Source of the DNA: Candidatus Dadabacteria bacterium | GTDB lineage: Bacteria; Desulfobacterota_D; UBA1144; Nemesobacterales; Nemesobacteraceae | Reading direction: 5' to 3' | NCBI GenBank assembly: GCA_009837205.1 | Contig: VXTZ01000026.1 | Location: 83,629 to 147,628, forward strand | Length of the DNA: 64,000 nucleotides | Shown: in pieces, positions 52,657-62,848 of the stretch | Layout: each line of letters starts with the position of its first letter | How positions within the stretch are numbered: the first letter of the stretch is position 1 | Translations under genes and position numbers: made by a program | Notes under the pieces: generated by a model | Databases searched by the model: none | Seen by the model: the letters and a program-made list of their open reading frames with translations, nothing else | Told to the model about the DNA's origin: nothing

Positions 52657-53085
52657 ATGGCCATTGAGAAGGACAGCGAAGAAATACTCAAGATCAACAA
52701 CCTTTTTTACGAGGCCTTGGGAACCAGAAATCTAGAGCTGATGGGAGAGGTCTGGGTAAAGGACTCAAGATCCGGCTGCGTCCACCCGGGATGGACAGCT
52801 CTTCGCAACTGGGAAGCCATAAGGCAGAGCTGGGAAAGTGTTTTTGATCCCCAAGATCAGGTTGACATCAGCATTTCTAACGTGACCGTGGATATAAGCG
52901 ACAACATCGCCTGGGTCACCTGCCTGCAGGAGATGGTATACATAAAAAGGGATCCGGTCATGTTTAATCTCTCTCAGTCAACCAACATATTCGAGAAGCA
53001 AAATGGCAGGTGGCTTATGGTCTTCCATCATGCTTCACCAATTCCCGTAGGTGGTTACGAACCGGATAAAAAAACCATACAGTAG
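52657..53085 (+). CDS. NTF2/SnoaL-like (DUF4440-type) small protein
   Basis: LKINNLFYEALGTRNLELMGEVWVKDSRSGCVHPGW...NGRWLMVFHHAS is an NTF2-like fold signature. Confidence 0.6.
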   Translation: MAIEKDSEEILKINNLFYEALGTRNLELMGEVWVKDSRSGCVHPGWTALRNWEAIRQSWESVFDPQDQVDISISNVTVDISDNIAWVTCLQEMVYIKRDPVMFNLSQSTNIFEKQNGRWLMVFHHASPIPVGGYEPDKKTIQ

Positions 53086-53093
53086 CCGGAACT

Positions 53094-53636
53094 TCAGGAA
53101 GTCTCTTCCTTCTGACTCATTCGCTCAAGATAGACCGAGGCACCCATCTTTTCAAGTCGCGCTGCCTTTTTCCTTACTTCGGAAGAAAGCTTCTTTTTGT
53201 ACTCTGCTACTGCGCGTGAAAGTTCCAGATCGGCAACGGAAAGAATTTCAACGGCAAGGATGCCGGCGTTTTTCGCCCCGCCGAGGGCAACCGTGGCGAC
53301 CGGGACGCCTGAAGGCATCTGCAGGATGGAAAGCACAGAGTCCCATCCATCAATCGAGTTTGAGGATTTTATCGGAACCCCTATGATCGGAAGGGGAGAA
53401 ACGGAGGCCACCATTCCCGGAAGATGCGCCGCACCCCCTGCCCCGGCTATTATGACCTTAACTCCTCTTTTGTGAGCTTTTTTTGAAAAATCCACAAGCC
53501 GCTCCGGAGTTCTGTGTGCCGAGACTATGGTAACTTCATGCCCTACGCCGAATTGTTCCAGAACCTCAACCGCTTCCGCCATGACTGGAAGATCCGAGTC
53601 AGAACCCATGATAACGCTTACTAAAATAGGTTTCAT
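53094..53636 (-). CDS. purE: N5-carboxyaminoimidazole ribonucleotide mutase
   Basis: [14 protein letters not shown]...AHRTPE...[16 protein letters not shown] is the PurE consensus. Confidence 0.95.
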   Translation of the reverse strand: MKPILVSVIMGSDSDLPVMAEAVEVLEQFGVGHEVTIVSAHRTPERLVDFSKKAHKRGVKVIIAGAGGAAHLPGMVASVSPLPIIGVPIKSSNSIDGWDSVLSILQMPSGVPVATVALGGAKNAGILAVEILSVADLELSRAVAEYKKKLSSEVRKKAARLEKMGASVYLERMSQKEETS

Positions 53637-54784
53637 GCTATCGCCCTCAGATTGCTCATTATGAATCTCGCTTTCTCAAGCGCGCCTGAAATATCATCGT
53701 CAAGCACGGTGACATGTCCCATCTTTCTGTAAGGCTTGGTAAGGGTCTTACCGTATATGTGGAACTTGGCTCCTTCAACGCCCATGCATCCACGAAGTCC
53801 CTCGTACCTTACCTCGCCCTCGAAACCCGGCTGCCCGAGAATGTTAATCATAACAGAAGGAGTTTTTATTTCAGTATCGCCCGGGGGAAGATCAAGAATC
53901 GATCTCAGACACTGCTCATACTGCGAGGTGCGAGCCGCGTCAATCGTGTGATGCCCGCTGTTATGCGGTCTCGGAGCGGATTCGTTTATAAGTATCTCTC
54001 CTTTTTTGGAAACAAACATCTCAACCGCAAGTATCCCGCACATGTCAAAAGACCTTATCGTGCGCTCGGCAAGTTCACATGCCTGAGCGGACATTTTGTC
54101 GTCAAGCTCGCAGGGACTTATCAGGAATTCAACTATGTTTGCATTGCTGTTAAACAGCATTTCTACCGGAGGAAACCATTTCGTTTCTCCGGTGGAATTA
54201 CGCGAGACTATAACGGAAATCTCCTTCTCCACATCAACGAGGTCTTCAATGACGGATTCTCCTTCTAAAAGATCGTCGAGCTGTTCCTTTTTTCTAACGA
54301 CATAAACTCCTCTTCCGTCATAACCCGTCCTTGAAAGTTTCTGGACGAAAGGAATTTTTATCTCACCGGACCCTACGGCCGCAACTATAGCCTCTTTCCC
54401 GGGAAAGACCGAAAAATCGGCTGTGGGGAGCCCCTTTGAAACATAGAACTCCTTCTGCTTCGCCTTGTCCTGTATGAGTTCAAGCGCGTGGGGTTCAGGC
54501 CTTATGATGACTCCTTCTTCCCGCAGCCGAAAAAGCGCCTGCAGGTTTACGTGCTCAATCTCTATTGTCAGGATGTCAACATTTCTGCCAAACTCGTAGA
54601 CATCCTCGTAATTCCTGAAATCTCCATGGGTAAACCCGGTGCACACGGACGCCGTCGGACAATCGGCGGAAGGATCGAGCACATAGGTGCGGAGGTTCCA
54701 GTTGCTCGCAACCAGACAGAGCATTTTCCCGAGCTGACCGCCTCCGAGAATTCCCAGTTTTACATGTTCAAAATCCATGGCCAT
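53633..54784 (-). CDS. purK: N5-carboxyaminoimidazole ribonucleotide synthase (ATP-grasp)
   Basis: [13 protein letters not shown]... plus an ATP-grasp core. Start set at MAMDF (the ORF track extends to 54808 and would overlap the HAD gene). Confidence 0.9.
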   Translation of the reverse strand: MAMDFEHVKLGILGGGQLGKMLCLVASNWNLRTYVLDPSADCPTASVCTGFTHGDFRNYEDVYEFGRNVDILTIEIEHVNLQALFRLREEGVIIRPEPHALELIQDKAKQKEFYVSKGLPTADFSVFPGKEAIVAAVGSGEIKIPFVQKLSRTGYDGRGVYVVRKKEQLDDLLEGESVIEDLVDVEKEISVIVSRNSTGETKWFPPVEMLFNSNANIVEFLISPCELDDKMSAQACELAERTIRSFDMCGILAVEMFVSKKGEILINESAPRPHNSGHHTIDAARTSQYEQCLRSILDLPPGDTEIKTPSVMINILGQPGFEGEVRYEGLRGCMGVEGAKFHIYGKTLTKPYRKMGHVTVLDDDISGALEKARFIMSNLRAIA

Positions 54785-54797
54785 TATACGCCAGAAG

Positions 54798-55457
54798 CTA
54801 CAAATCAATAATTGAGAGCAGTTCCATCGGAGTTTCTATAAGATGTTCGGCTCCGTTTTCACGAAGCTCGTCTCCCGTTCGGAAACCCCAGAGAACTCCC
54901 ACCGGAAGCATACCCGCCCCAACTGCAGTAAGCATATCCACCCCCGAGTCTCCAAGATAAACCATCTGTGACGAGTCAATTCCGAGTTCCCTTGATATCC
55001 GCAGCGCTCCCGAGGGATCCGGTTTTCTCGGAATTTCATCCCTCTGCCCTATGACCACCTCGAAATTCCAGTCGGCAAGCAGATCCTCCACGTATTTTTC
55101 GGTAAACACGTGCGGCTTGTTGGTAAGAATCGCCTTTTTCAGACCTCTTTCGGAAAGCTCGTTCAGAAGATCCGGTATACCGTCATAAAGAGTGGTTTTT
55201 ACGTTAAAGGCACGGCTGTAGATGCTGTTGAAATCGGTAAGGCATTTTTCAACGACAGCATCATTGTTTCTTTTGTCCTCGGGGAGGGCTCTTGACACCA
55301 TAACCTTCGGACCCTTTCCTATAAAGTACTTGTAGCACCCGGTCGCGCGCGGCGGAAATCCGTTTATTCCGAGTGCCTGATTCACGGCATCAGCAAGATC
55401 CTCAAGAGAGTCAATCAGGGTTCCGTCAAGGTCAAATACAACTGCTCCGTAGCTCAT
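54798..55457 (-). CDS. HAD-superfamily hydrolase (phosphoglycolate phosphatase-like)
   Basis: VVFDLDGTLIDS motif I, 'LTNK' motif II region, 'GDSGVD' motif IV. Confidence 0.8.
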   Translation of the reverse strand: MSYGAVVFDLDGTLIDSLEDLADAVNQALGINGFPPRATGCYKYFIGKGPKVMVSRALPEDKRNNDAVVEKCLTDFNSIYSRAFNVKTTLYDGIPDLLNELSERGLKKAILTNKPHVFTEKYVEDLLADWNFEVVIGQRDEIPRKPDPSGALRISRELGIDSSQMVYLGDSGVDMLTAVGAGMLPVGVLWGFRTGDELRENGAEHLIETPMELLSIIDL

Positions 55458-55597
55458 AATCTTGGGGAATTATATCTTATGTAAGTCCTTGCTACAAAAC
55501 GGACCGCGGTAGATGCGAAACTTCCGCAGTCTGTTAAAATTGAACTGCTTGAATTCACAAAAGGGTTACTCAAGTTCAAGGATCTTGGTATAAGCAA

Positions 55598-56923
55598 TTG
55601 TCAATAACAGTAATCGGCGCAGGGCTCGCAGGGGTTGAAGCCGCAAATCAGATCTCAAAGTTTGGAGTAAGGGTAACTCTCTATGAAATGAGGCCGCGGA
55701 GGAAAACCGCCGCGCACAGAACTTCGGATCTCGCGGAGCTTGTGTGCAGCAATTCTCTCAAATCGGCATCCATGGAGAACGCCTCAGGAATACTTAAAGA
55801 GGAAATGAGGCGCCTCGGCTCACTCGTGATCGAGGCAGCCGAGGCCTCAAAGGTTCCCGCGGGAAAAGCTCTCGCGGTCGACAGGGAAATGTTCTCGGAT
55901 TACATAACGCGGAAAATCCAGGGCAACGAACTTATAGACCTGAAAAGGGAAGAGGTAACGAAAATACCCGAAAACGGGACCGTGGTCGTGGCCACCGGTC
56001 CTCTTACCTCGGATGCACTTTGCGCGGAGATTTCCTCGCTCACGGAATCCGAATATCTTTACTTCTACGACGCCATCTCGCCGATAATCGACGCAGATAC
56101 AATCGACCGCTCGAAAATCTTCAGGGGATCAAGATACGGCCACGGAGACTCTGAGGAGGGAGATTATCTCAACTGTCCGCTCTCTGAGGATCAGTACTAC
56201 GAGCTTGTTGACGACCTGATCCGCGGAGAAAAAGTGGAGACTAGGGAATTTGAGAAAGCACTCTACTTCCAAAGCTGCATGCCGGTTGAGGTCATATGCG
56301 AGAGAGGAAGAGATACTCTTCGGTTCGGCCCCCTAAAACCCGTCGGCCTAATTGATCCGAGAACCGGGAAAACCCCCTTTGCAGTTCTGCAACTAAGAAC
56401 GGAGAACAGCGAGGAAACGATGTACAACATGGTGGGGTTTCAGACAAAGCTCAGATACCCTCAGCAAAGAACCGTTTTCAGGAAGATCCCGGGGCTTGAA
56501 AGGGCGGAGTTTCTAAGATACGGAAGCGTGCACAGAAACACGTACATAGATTCCCCGAGACTCCTTGAGAAAGACCTTTCCCTGAGTTCCCGTCCGGGCG
56601 TCTTTTTCGCCGGGCAGATCACGGGAGTTGAAGGATACGTCGAGTCCGCAACAACCGGAATCGTCTGCGGAATAAACGCCTCGAGAAAAGCGCTTGGGCT
56701 CGCACCTGCCCACGTCCCAAGGGAAACATCCATAGGTTCCCTGCTTGAGTACATCTCAACCCCAGGAAAAAGCGGATTTCAGCCGATGAACATAAACTTC
56801 GGGCTTTTCCCCAAGGTTGAGGGAAAAATGGGGAAAGAAAAAAAGCGTAGGATTATCGCTCAAAGAGCTATAGAAAGCATGAGTGCGTACGACCCTTTTT
56901 ACCGGGTGTCCGCTTTTCGCTGA
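55598..56923 (+). CDS. trmFO: methylenetetrahydrofolate--tRNA-(uracil54-C5)-methyltransferase (FAD)
   Basis: ITVIGAGLAGVEAANQISKFGVRVTLYEMRP...ELVCSNSLKS is the TrmFO/Gid consensus. Confidence 0.95.
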   Translation: MSITVIGAGLAGVEAANQISKFGVRVTLYEMRPRRKTAAHRTSDLAELVCSNSLKSASMENASGILKEEMRRLGSLVIEAAEASKVPAGKALAVDREMFSDYITRKIQGNELIDLKREEVTKIPENGTVVVATGPLTSDALCAEISSLTESEYLYFYDAISPIIDADTIDRSKIFRGSRYGHGDSEEGDYLNCPLSEDQYYELVDDLIRGEKVETREFEKALYFQSCMPVEVICERGRDTLRFGPLKPVGLIDPRTGKTPFAVLQLRTENSEETMYNMVGFQTKLRYPQQRTVFRKIPGLERAEFLRYGSVHRNTYIDSPRLLEKDLSLSSRPGVFFAGQITGVEGYVESATTGIVCGINASRKALGLAPAHVPRETSIGSLLEYISTPGKSGFQPMNINFGLFPKVEGKMGKEKKRRIIAQRAIESMSAYDPFYRVSAFR

Positions 56924-56938
56924 AACCATAGAGCTTGC

Positions 56939-56988
56939 CCTATAGCCCAGAAACAGGTAAGAATATGGGCTATAGGAGGTGTTTTTAT
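56939..56988 (+). terminator. hairpin (10-bp perfect stem CCTATAGCCC/GGGCTATAGG, 18-nt loop) followed by T5; candidate trmFO terminator overlapping the fic RBS
   Basis: The inverted repeat was read directly. A U-tract (gtttttat) begins 5 nt after the stem. Confidence 0.35.
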
Positions 56989-56993
56989 AGCTC

Positions 56994-58145
56994 ATGAAAT
57001 GGGTATGGCAACATTCTAACTGGCCGGACTTCACATGGGATCGGTCTGTTCTGGCACCTTTCGAAGAGCGTTTCCTGCATGAGTCAGGTCGCAGGATCGG
57101 CGCTTGGCGCCAGCTCACCCATGAAGATCAGTCCGAACTGCGAGTTAAATGGCTGAGCGGCGAGGCGGTCGAAACATCCGCAATTGAAGGTGAGATTCTC
57201 GACCGGGAATCAGTGCAATCCTCCATCCGACGACGATTTGGATTAACCGCCAGCCGGAAAACCGCTTCACCCGAGGAAGAGGGAGTAGCTGAAATGATGG
57301 TAGCGCTCTACCATGAGTTTGACCGCCCGCTTGACCACGAAACGCTGTGGCGCTGGCACCGGATGCTTATGCGAGACCGTCCTCATCTGGAGGTTGTCGG
57401 CGGCTATCGTCGCCACCCCGAAGCTATGCAGGTCGTTTCCGGGCCGGATTATAACCCCAAGATTCACTATGAAGCACCACCTTCGGAGCGGATGACAGAG
57501 GAGATGGAACGTTTCATAGAGTGGTACGATCAGATTGCCTCAATCGGAAGCAGGATGTCCTCTCTGGCATGGGCCGGGACGGCACATCTGTACTTTGTAC
57601 GTATTCACCCCTTCGAGGACGGAAACGGTCGCATAGCCCGTGCTTTGGCGGAAAAAGCCCTCGCCCAGTCACTCGGCGAACCAAGTTTAATTGCGCTTTC
57701 CCGCACCATCGCCCGAAGGCGCAAGGGCTACTATGCTATTCTGGATGAGAGTGGCAGATCGCTTGATATCACCAACTGGCTTGTGTGGTTTGCGGATACA
57801 GTGCTTGACGCCCAGACCTGGAGCGAACGCCGTCTGATCCGGTCAATTCAGCAAACACGGTTATTCGATCGGCTCCATGGTTCGTTAAACCCGCGACAGG
57901 AAAAAATCCTTCTACGGCTCTTCGATGCTGAACCGGATGGTTTTGAGGGCAGTCTCAGCGCACAAAATTATCAAAGAATAACTGGGGCAACGGCTTCGAC
58001 GGCGACGCGCGATCTAGCTAATATGGTCGCCATGGGCGCACTAAACAGAACCGGGCAGCGACGCCACACACGGTACTGGCTCAAACTGCCTTCCTTTGAG
58101 GAATCGGACCGTTATAAAACAACTGGTCAACAAACAACCTCATAA
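56994..58145 (+). CDS. Fic-family protein (DUF4172 N-terminus, FIC core HPFEDGNGRIARAL, internal inhibitory TxxxEG helix, C-terminal wHTH)
   Basis: Canonical Fic motif HPFEDGNGRIAR. 'TSAIEGE' matches the (S/T)xxxE(G/N) inhibitory motif (class II arrangement). GC content is visibly higher than in flanking genes. Confidence 0.85.
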   Translation: MKWVWQHSNWPDFTWDRSVLAPFEERFLHESGRRIGAWRQLTHEDQSELRVKWLSGEAVETSAIEGEILDRESVQSSIRRRFGLTASRKTASPEEEGVAEMMVALYHEFDRPLDHETLWRWHRMLMRDRPHLEVVGGYRRHPEAMQVVSGPDYNPKIHYEAPPSERMTEEMERFIEWYDQIASIGSRMSSLAWAGTAHLYFVRIHPFEDGNGRIARALAEKALAQSLGEPSLIALSRTIARRRKGYYAILDESGRSLDITNWLVWFADTVLDAQTWSERRLIRSIQQTRLFDRLHGSLNPRQEKILLRLFDAEPDGFEGSLSAQNYQRITGATASTATRDLANMVAMGALNRTGQRRHTRYWLKLPSFEESDRYKTTGQQTTS

Positions 58146-58217
58146 CAAGCATGCCCGCGGGTAAAGCCCTTACAAACGTGCCGGCATATTTGATTCTTCT
58201 ATTTTAATGGTAGTATT

Positions 58218-59114
58218 TTGCCGGTCATGACATATCAGGAACTTATTTTGGCTCTTCAGGATTACTGGTCATCCAAGGGATGTCTGGTGGTCCAGCCCTA
58301 CGACATAGAAAAAGGCGCCGGAACTTTTCACCCGGCCACATTCCTGCGTTGCCTCGGTCCCGAGCCTTGGCACGTGGCATATGTCGAACCTTCAAGGAGA
58401 CCGACCGACGGAAGATACGGAGATAATCCCAACAGGCTTCAGCACTACTATCAGTTCCAAGTGATAATAAAGCCTTCTCCCGATGATATCCAAGAACTTT
58501 TCCTCGACAGTCTGAAGTCATTCGGAATAAACCCGCTTGAGCACGATATAAGGTTCGTTGAGGATGACTGGGAATCCCCGACGCTCGGAGCGTGGGGACT
58601 TGGTTGGGAGGTTTGGCTTGACGGTATGGAAATAACCCAGTTCACATATTTTCAGCAGGCGGGCGGAATAGATCTTGATCCGATATCGGCCGAGATAACA
58701 TACGGAACCGAAAGAATAGCGATGTACCTGCAGGAAGTCGAAAGCGTTTACGATCTTGAATGGACAAAGGGAATAACGTATGGAGAGATTCATCATCAGA
58801 GCGAAGTCCAGTTCTCAAAGTACAACTTCGAGGAATCCGATCCCGCGATGCTAAGCGACCTGTTTAACATGTACGAGCAGGAATGCAGATCACTTATCGA
58901 AAAGGAGCTTCCCCTCCCCGCTTACGAATACTGTCTTAAAAGTTCGCACACCTTCAACCTGCTTGACGCGAGAGGGGCGATTGGGGTAGCCGAGCGGGCC
59001 TCATACATAGCGAGGGTAAGGGCGCTTGCGAATCTGTGCGCAACTTCGTATCTGCAGACCAGAGAAAACCTGGGATTCCCCCTCCTGAAAAACAACCCAT
59101 GGAAAAAGAACTGA
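58218..59114 (+). CDS. glyQ: glycine--tRNA ligase alpha subunit
   Basis: [41 protein letters not shown] is nearly invariant GlyQ. Confidence 0.95.
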   Translation: MPVMTYQELILALQDYWSSKGCLVVQPYDIEKGAGTFHPATFLRCLGPEPWHVAYVEPSRRPTDGRYGDNPNRLQHYYQFQVIIKPSPDDIQELFLDSLKSFGINPLEHDIRFVEDDWESPTLGAWGLGWEVWLDGMEITQFTYFQQAGGIDLDPISAEITYGTERIAMYLQEVESVYDLEWTKGITYGEIHHQSEVQFSKYNFEESDPAMLSDLFNMYEQECRSLIEKELPLPAYEYCLKSSHTFNLLDARGAIGVAERASYIARVRALANLCATSYLQTRENLGFPLLKNNPWKKN

Positions 59115-61189
59115 TACTCGAAATCGGAACGGAGGAAATACCTGCTCTCTTCCTTGAAAAAGCCCGGGAGGATCTGGGCAATATTCTAAGCGGAGAACTC
59201 CGCGACAAGGGTATTGAATTCGAGGAAATGGAAATCTTCTATACCCCGAGAAGACTTTCGGCAAGGGTAAGCGGACTTGAGAGAAAGCAGAGAGACCGCA
59301 CGACCGAAAACTTCGGGCCGCCCAAGCGCATAGCGTTTGACGAAGACGGAAAGCCCACCAAGGCCGCTGCGGGTTTCGCCAGATCCCAGAAAGTCGATGT
59401 TGAGGAACTCGTCATCGCAAAAAGGGATAACGGAGAATTCCTCTGCGTAAGGAAGACGGTAAAAGGAAAAAAAACTTCATCCGTTCTAAAAGAGATTCTT
59501 CCGGGAGTGATCTCATCGGTCCCCTTCCGGAAATCAATGAGATGGGGCGACGGAAAACTGGCCTTCGCAAGACCTATAAGATGGATAGCGGCGCTCTACG
59601 ATGGCAAGCCAGTAAAATTCAGCGTTGAGAACATCAAAAGTTCTGACCGAAGCTTCGGTCACAGGTTCACTTCCCCGAAACCGTTTCGAGTGACATCCTG
59701 GGCCAATTACCTGAAAACACTTGAGAAAAACAACGTAGTAGCGGACCCGGAGAAAAGAAAGAAAATCATAAGAAGGGACACAGAGGCGGCGGCCAAAAAG
59801 ATAGGCGGAACCATAAAGGAAGATCCTGAACTGCTTGAAACCGTGGTGAACCTAGTGGAGCATCCGACGGTTCTGGTGGGAAAGTTCGAGGAAAAATACC
59901 TGCGGTTGCCCGAGGAAGTTCTTATAAGCGTGATGAAGAATCACCAGAAATATTTTCCCGTTTACTCTGAGAAGACCGGCAAGCTTCTTCCCTGTTTCAT
60001 CTTTGTCTGCGGAACCCCGGTTAAGGATAAACAGGTAATTATAAGGGGAAACGAGCGGGTAATAAGGGCAAGACTTAACGACGCCGAATTCTTTTTCTCC
60101 GAAGATACGAAGAAAAACCTAAGCGCCTACACAGAAGAGCTTGAGAGCATGATGTTTCTATCTGATATAGGGACTTACAGGGAAAAAGTCGAGCGTATGA
60201 GGATGCTTGCCGCCGATATTTTTGCCAGCCCCGATCTTGAAAGGGCCGCGGAACTCTCAAAGTCCGATCTCGCGACCCAGATGGTCTTTGAATTCGCCGA
60301 ACTCCAGGGTGTCATGGGCAAGTATTACTCGCTTGCTTCCAAGGAGAAAAAAGCCGTCGCGAACGCGATCGAGGAACAATACATGCCGCTTACGAGAACC
60401 GGTGAACTCCCGCGAACGAAAACCGGAGCGCTTCTAAGCATAGTGGACAAAACGGATAACATCTGCTCGTCCTTCATCGCGGGTCTCGCGCCCACCGGGT
60501 CTTCCGATCCCTATGCGCTGAGAAGACAGACCCTCGGAATAATAAGAATCGCCATAGAGAAGAAGCTTGATATTTCTCTCTCCACACTCCTTGAACGCGG
60601 CATAAGGCTCGTGCTCGACTCCATGGACGCGCAAAAAGCTCGTGACGGCAAACTGTCCGAAGAAGAACTTAAAGTGAACATTCTCGCGTTTTTCTCCGAG
60701 AGGTTCCGCAACCTAATGACAGAGTCCGGTTACGAGAGAAATGTCGTCGAATCCGTAATCTCGGCAGGGTTTGACAATCCCCTTGACGCCTACCGCAGAA
60801 TAAACGCGCTTGGGAAATTCGCAAAACGAAAGGATTTTGAGGCCCTAGCCACAGGCTTTAAGAGGGTTTTCAACATAGCGAAAACCAGACCGTCTTCACA
60901 GCTTGACAAGAAGCTGTTTAAGCAAAAAGAGGAAAAGGATCTCCACAGAGCTTTTACCAAGACGCAGACGGCGGTTTTAAAGAAATTGGCCGATCCTGAA
61001 AAAGCCGCCGGGCAAAGCGATTACCTCAAAGCGCTTGAATCCATAAAAACACTCTCCGCACCAATAGATCGTTTCTTTGACGCGGTAATGGTCATGGACA
61101 AAAACAAGAAGATCAGAGACAACCGTCTGGCCTTGCTCAATGAAATAAAAGATCTGTTTTTCATGATTGCCGATTTCTCGAAAATCTGA
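59099..61189 (+). CDS. glyS: glycine--tRNA ligase beta subunit
   Basis: [24 protein letters not shown] is the GlyS N-terminus. Start set at the internal ATG overlapping the glyQ end rather than the ORF-track 59036. Confidence 0.95.
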   Translation: MEKELILEIGTEEIPALFLEKAREDLGNILSGELRDKGIEFEEMEIFYTPRRLSARVSGLERKQRDRTTENFGPPKRIAFDEDGKPTKAAAGFARSQKVDVEELVIAKRDNGEFLCVRKTVKGKKTSSVLKEILPGVISSVPFRKSMRWGDGKLAFARPIRWIAALYDGKPVKFSVENIKSSDRSFGHRFTSPKPFRVTSWANYLKTLEKNNVVADPEKRKKIIRRDTEAAAKKIGGTIKEDPELLETVVNLVEHPTVLVGKFEEKYLRLPEEVLISVMKNHQKYFPVYSEKTGKLLPCFIFVCGTPVKDKQVIIRGNERVIRARLNDAEFFFSEDTKKNLSAYTEELESMMFLSDIGTYREKVERMRMLAADIFASPDLERAAELSKSDLATQMVFEFAELQGVMGKYYSLASKEKKAVANAIEEQYMPLTRTGELPRTKTGALLSIVDKTDNICSSFIAGLAPTGSSDPYALRRQTLGIIRIAIEKKLDISLSTLLERGIRLVLDSMDAQKARDGKLSEEELKVNILAFFSERFRNLMTESGYERNVVESVISAGFDNPLDAYRRINALGKFAKRKDFEALATGFKRVFNIAKTRPSSQLDKKLFKQKEEKDLHRAFTKTQTAVLKKLADPEKAAGQSDYLKALESIKTLSAPIDRFFDAVMVMDKNKKIRDNRLALLNEIKDLFFMIADFSKI

Positions 61190-61215
61190 CACGCAACCAA
61201 CCATACGCTTATTAA

Positions 61216-62046
61216 TCAATAAATGCCCGGTATCAGGGCCTTGCGGTGCGGTGGATAATCCTTGAAGGTTTCCACATACCACTGATGGTTGCTGCGTGCC
61301 CTGGGAGCGAGATTGGCGGAGGTAAACAGCAGGAAGGCTAGGCCGCTCAACGACCACGTTGCTAGTGCCCAGCCGACCCATTCGAGGATTTCGCCCATAT
61401 AATTCGGGCACGAGACAAAGCGAAACCCGCCACCCTGCGGAACCACATAGCCGGTCCCGCCCGGCCTGCGTAGACGAATGAGGATATTGTCGGCGTGGAG
61501 GTTGAGAGCAATCCCGACTAGGAAAACCCCGACGCCGATCAGGAAACGAGGGTCGGCAAGCCATCCAACGGTGTACTCGCCGAATTCGGAAATGAATCGG
61601 GCATTGATGTAGGCGTTAATCACATTGAAGAAAAAGCCCGACCCGACCACCAGCAACGGCGTCTTCCGCCCGCTTGCCCTGATCCGAAACGGGTAAATGA
61701 ACGTCCGGTTCAGATAGTGGCACTGCCACATGACCAGAAAGAGCAGCGGCACGATGTGGAACGCAGACTTCCCGTTAAGATAGACGGCAAGGAAAACGAC
61801 AACCGCCGGCAGTTCCATGATGATCCAGCCGAGCCTGCTGGAAATGTGCGGTCCCCAGCCCGCACCTGCGTAATGACGGCCATAGGGTGCGGTTTTACGG
61901 AGCAGATAAAAAAACGTCGGGACAGCCGCAGCAATGACTGCCCATACAATCACGCTGTGAAGTTGTTCCTCGGCCATCTCAACCATTCTCGCCGAGCATG
62001 CCCTGCCCGTCAAACCATCGATAGGGCCTCTCACCGAATCCGCCAA
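61216..62046 (-). CDS. 3-oxo-5-alpha-steroid 4-dehydrogenase-family (DUF1295/ICMT-like) polytopic membrane protein
   Basis: C-terminal 'FVSCPNYMGEILEWVGWAL' matches the steroid 5-alpha-reductase C-terminal domain (CPNY.GE...W). Multiple TM helices. GC-rich. True start is probably an internal Met (~61977-61986). Confidence 0.75.
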   Translation of the reverse strand: MADSVRGPIDGLTGRACSARMVEMAEEQLHSVIVWAVIAAAVPTFFYLLRKTAPYGRHYAGAGWGPHISSRLGWIIMELPAVVVFLAVYLNGKSAFHIVPLLFLVMWQCHYLNRTFIYPFRIRASGRKTPLLVVGSGFFFNVINAYINARFISEFGEYTVGWLADPRFLIGVGVFLVGIALNLHADNILIRLRRPGGTGYVVPQGGGFRFVSCPNYMGEILEWVGWALATWSLSGLAFLLFTSANLAPRARSNHQWYVETFKDYPPHRKALIPGIY

Positions 62047-62158
62047 GGAACGCGGCCTGAACCCAAGTTCCGCCTGCGCAGACGTAATATCGGTAAATTC
62101 AGAGTATCATCCTGAAAATACTTGAGAAGCAACAGTATTCGGGTATCATTTCCCTCAT

Positions 62159-62338
62159 ATGTTCGGACAATTCGGCATATGGGAATTAATCCTGATCCTG
62201 GCAATCCTGCTCATAATCTTTGGTCCGAGCAGGCTCGGGGATCTGGGATCTTCGCTCGGCAAGGGAATAAGCGGGTTCAGAAAATCCCTAAGAGACGACG
62301 ACCCAGACAATAAGGAAGAAGGGCAAAGCGGCACCTGA
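62159..62338 (+). CDS. tatA: Sec-independent protein translocase TatA/E
   Basis: Hand-translated: [44 protein letters not shown].... The TatA signature is the TM helix, the 'FG' hinge and an amphipathic helix. It is 59 aa, below the ORF-track cutoff. Confidence 0.8.
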   Translation: MFGQFGIWELILILAILLIIFGPSRLGDLGSSLGKGISGFRKSLRDDDPDNKEEGQSGT

Positions 62339-62353
62339 TCAGAAACCCTTTCC

Positions 62354-62848
62354 TCAATCCTTTATCTTCTCCGCAAGTTCCACAAGCACTCCGTTCGTTG
62401 ACTTGGGATGTATAAAGGCAACTTTACAGTTGTAAGATCCGGGTCTCGCATGTTCGTCGATCAGCCTGACACCTTCTTTTTCTAGGGCCCGGAGAGAAGA
62501 CTCTATATCGTCCACAAGAAAGCAGATATGATGAACACCTTCCCCTCTTTTCTCCAGGAATTGCGAAATCGGAGAATTTTCGTCCAAAGGTTCGATAAGT
62601 TCTACCGCAGTGCCCTCTCCCGATTCGGGGCAAAGCATCGATGTTTTCACCCCATAGTTGACTACATCCTCCCTGTGAACAACCCTAAGTCCGAGTAATT
62701 TGGAGTAAAGATCTTCAGCTTTCTCGATATCCTTTACGGCAATCGCTACATGATAAAGAAATCCGTTCTTGCTCAACTCAGAACACTCCTTTCGGCTAAC
62801 CCGAAGCCTCCTCTCTGGAAATGGCGTATTTCTCGAGAGGATCTTCAA
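62354..62848 (-). CDS. methylmalonyl-CoA epimerase (VOC/glyoxalase fold)
   Basis: LYHVAIAVKDIEKAEDLYSKLLG...GEGVHHICFLVDDI...AFIHPKSTNGVLVEL is typical MCE. The real start is probably later (~62776, TTG), which would remove the overlap with the RNase gene. Confidence 0.75.
   Translation of the reverse strand: MKILSRNTPFPERRLRVSRKECSELSKNGFLYHVAIAVKDIEKAEDLYSKLLGLRVVHREDVVNYGVKTSMLCPESGEGTAVELIEPLDENSPISQFLEKRGEGVHHICFLVDDIESSLRALEKEGVRLIDEHARPGSYNCKVAFIHPKSTNGVLVELAEKIKD

Noticed and set aside
59036-59098. Longer glyS start (MRNFVSADQ...) from the ORF track
   Set aside because: The conserved GlyS N-terminus begins at [15 protein letters not shown]. The upstream 21 codons overlap the glyQ 3' end and are not conserved in character.
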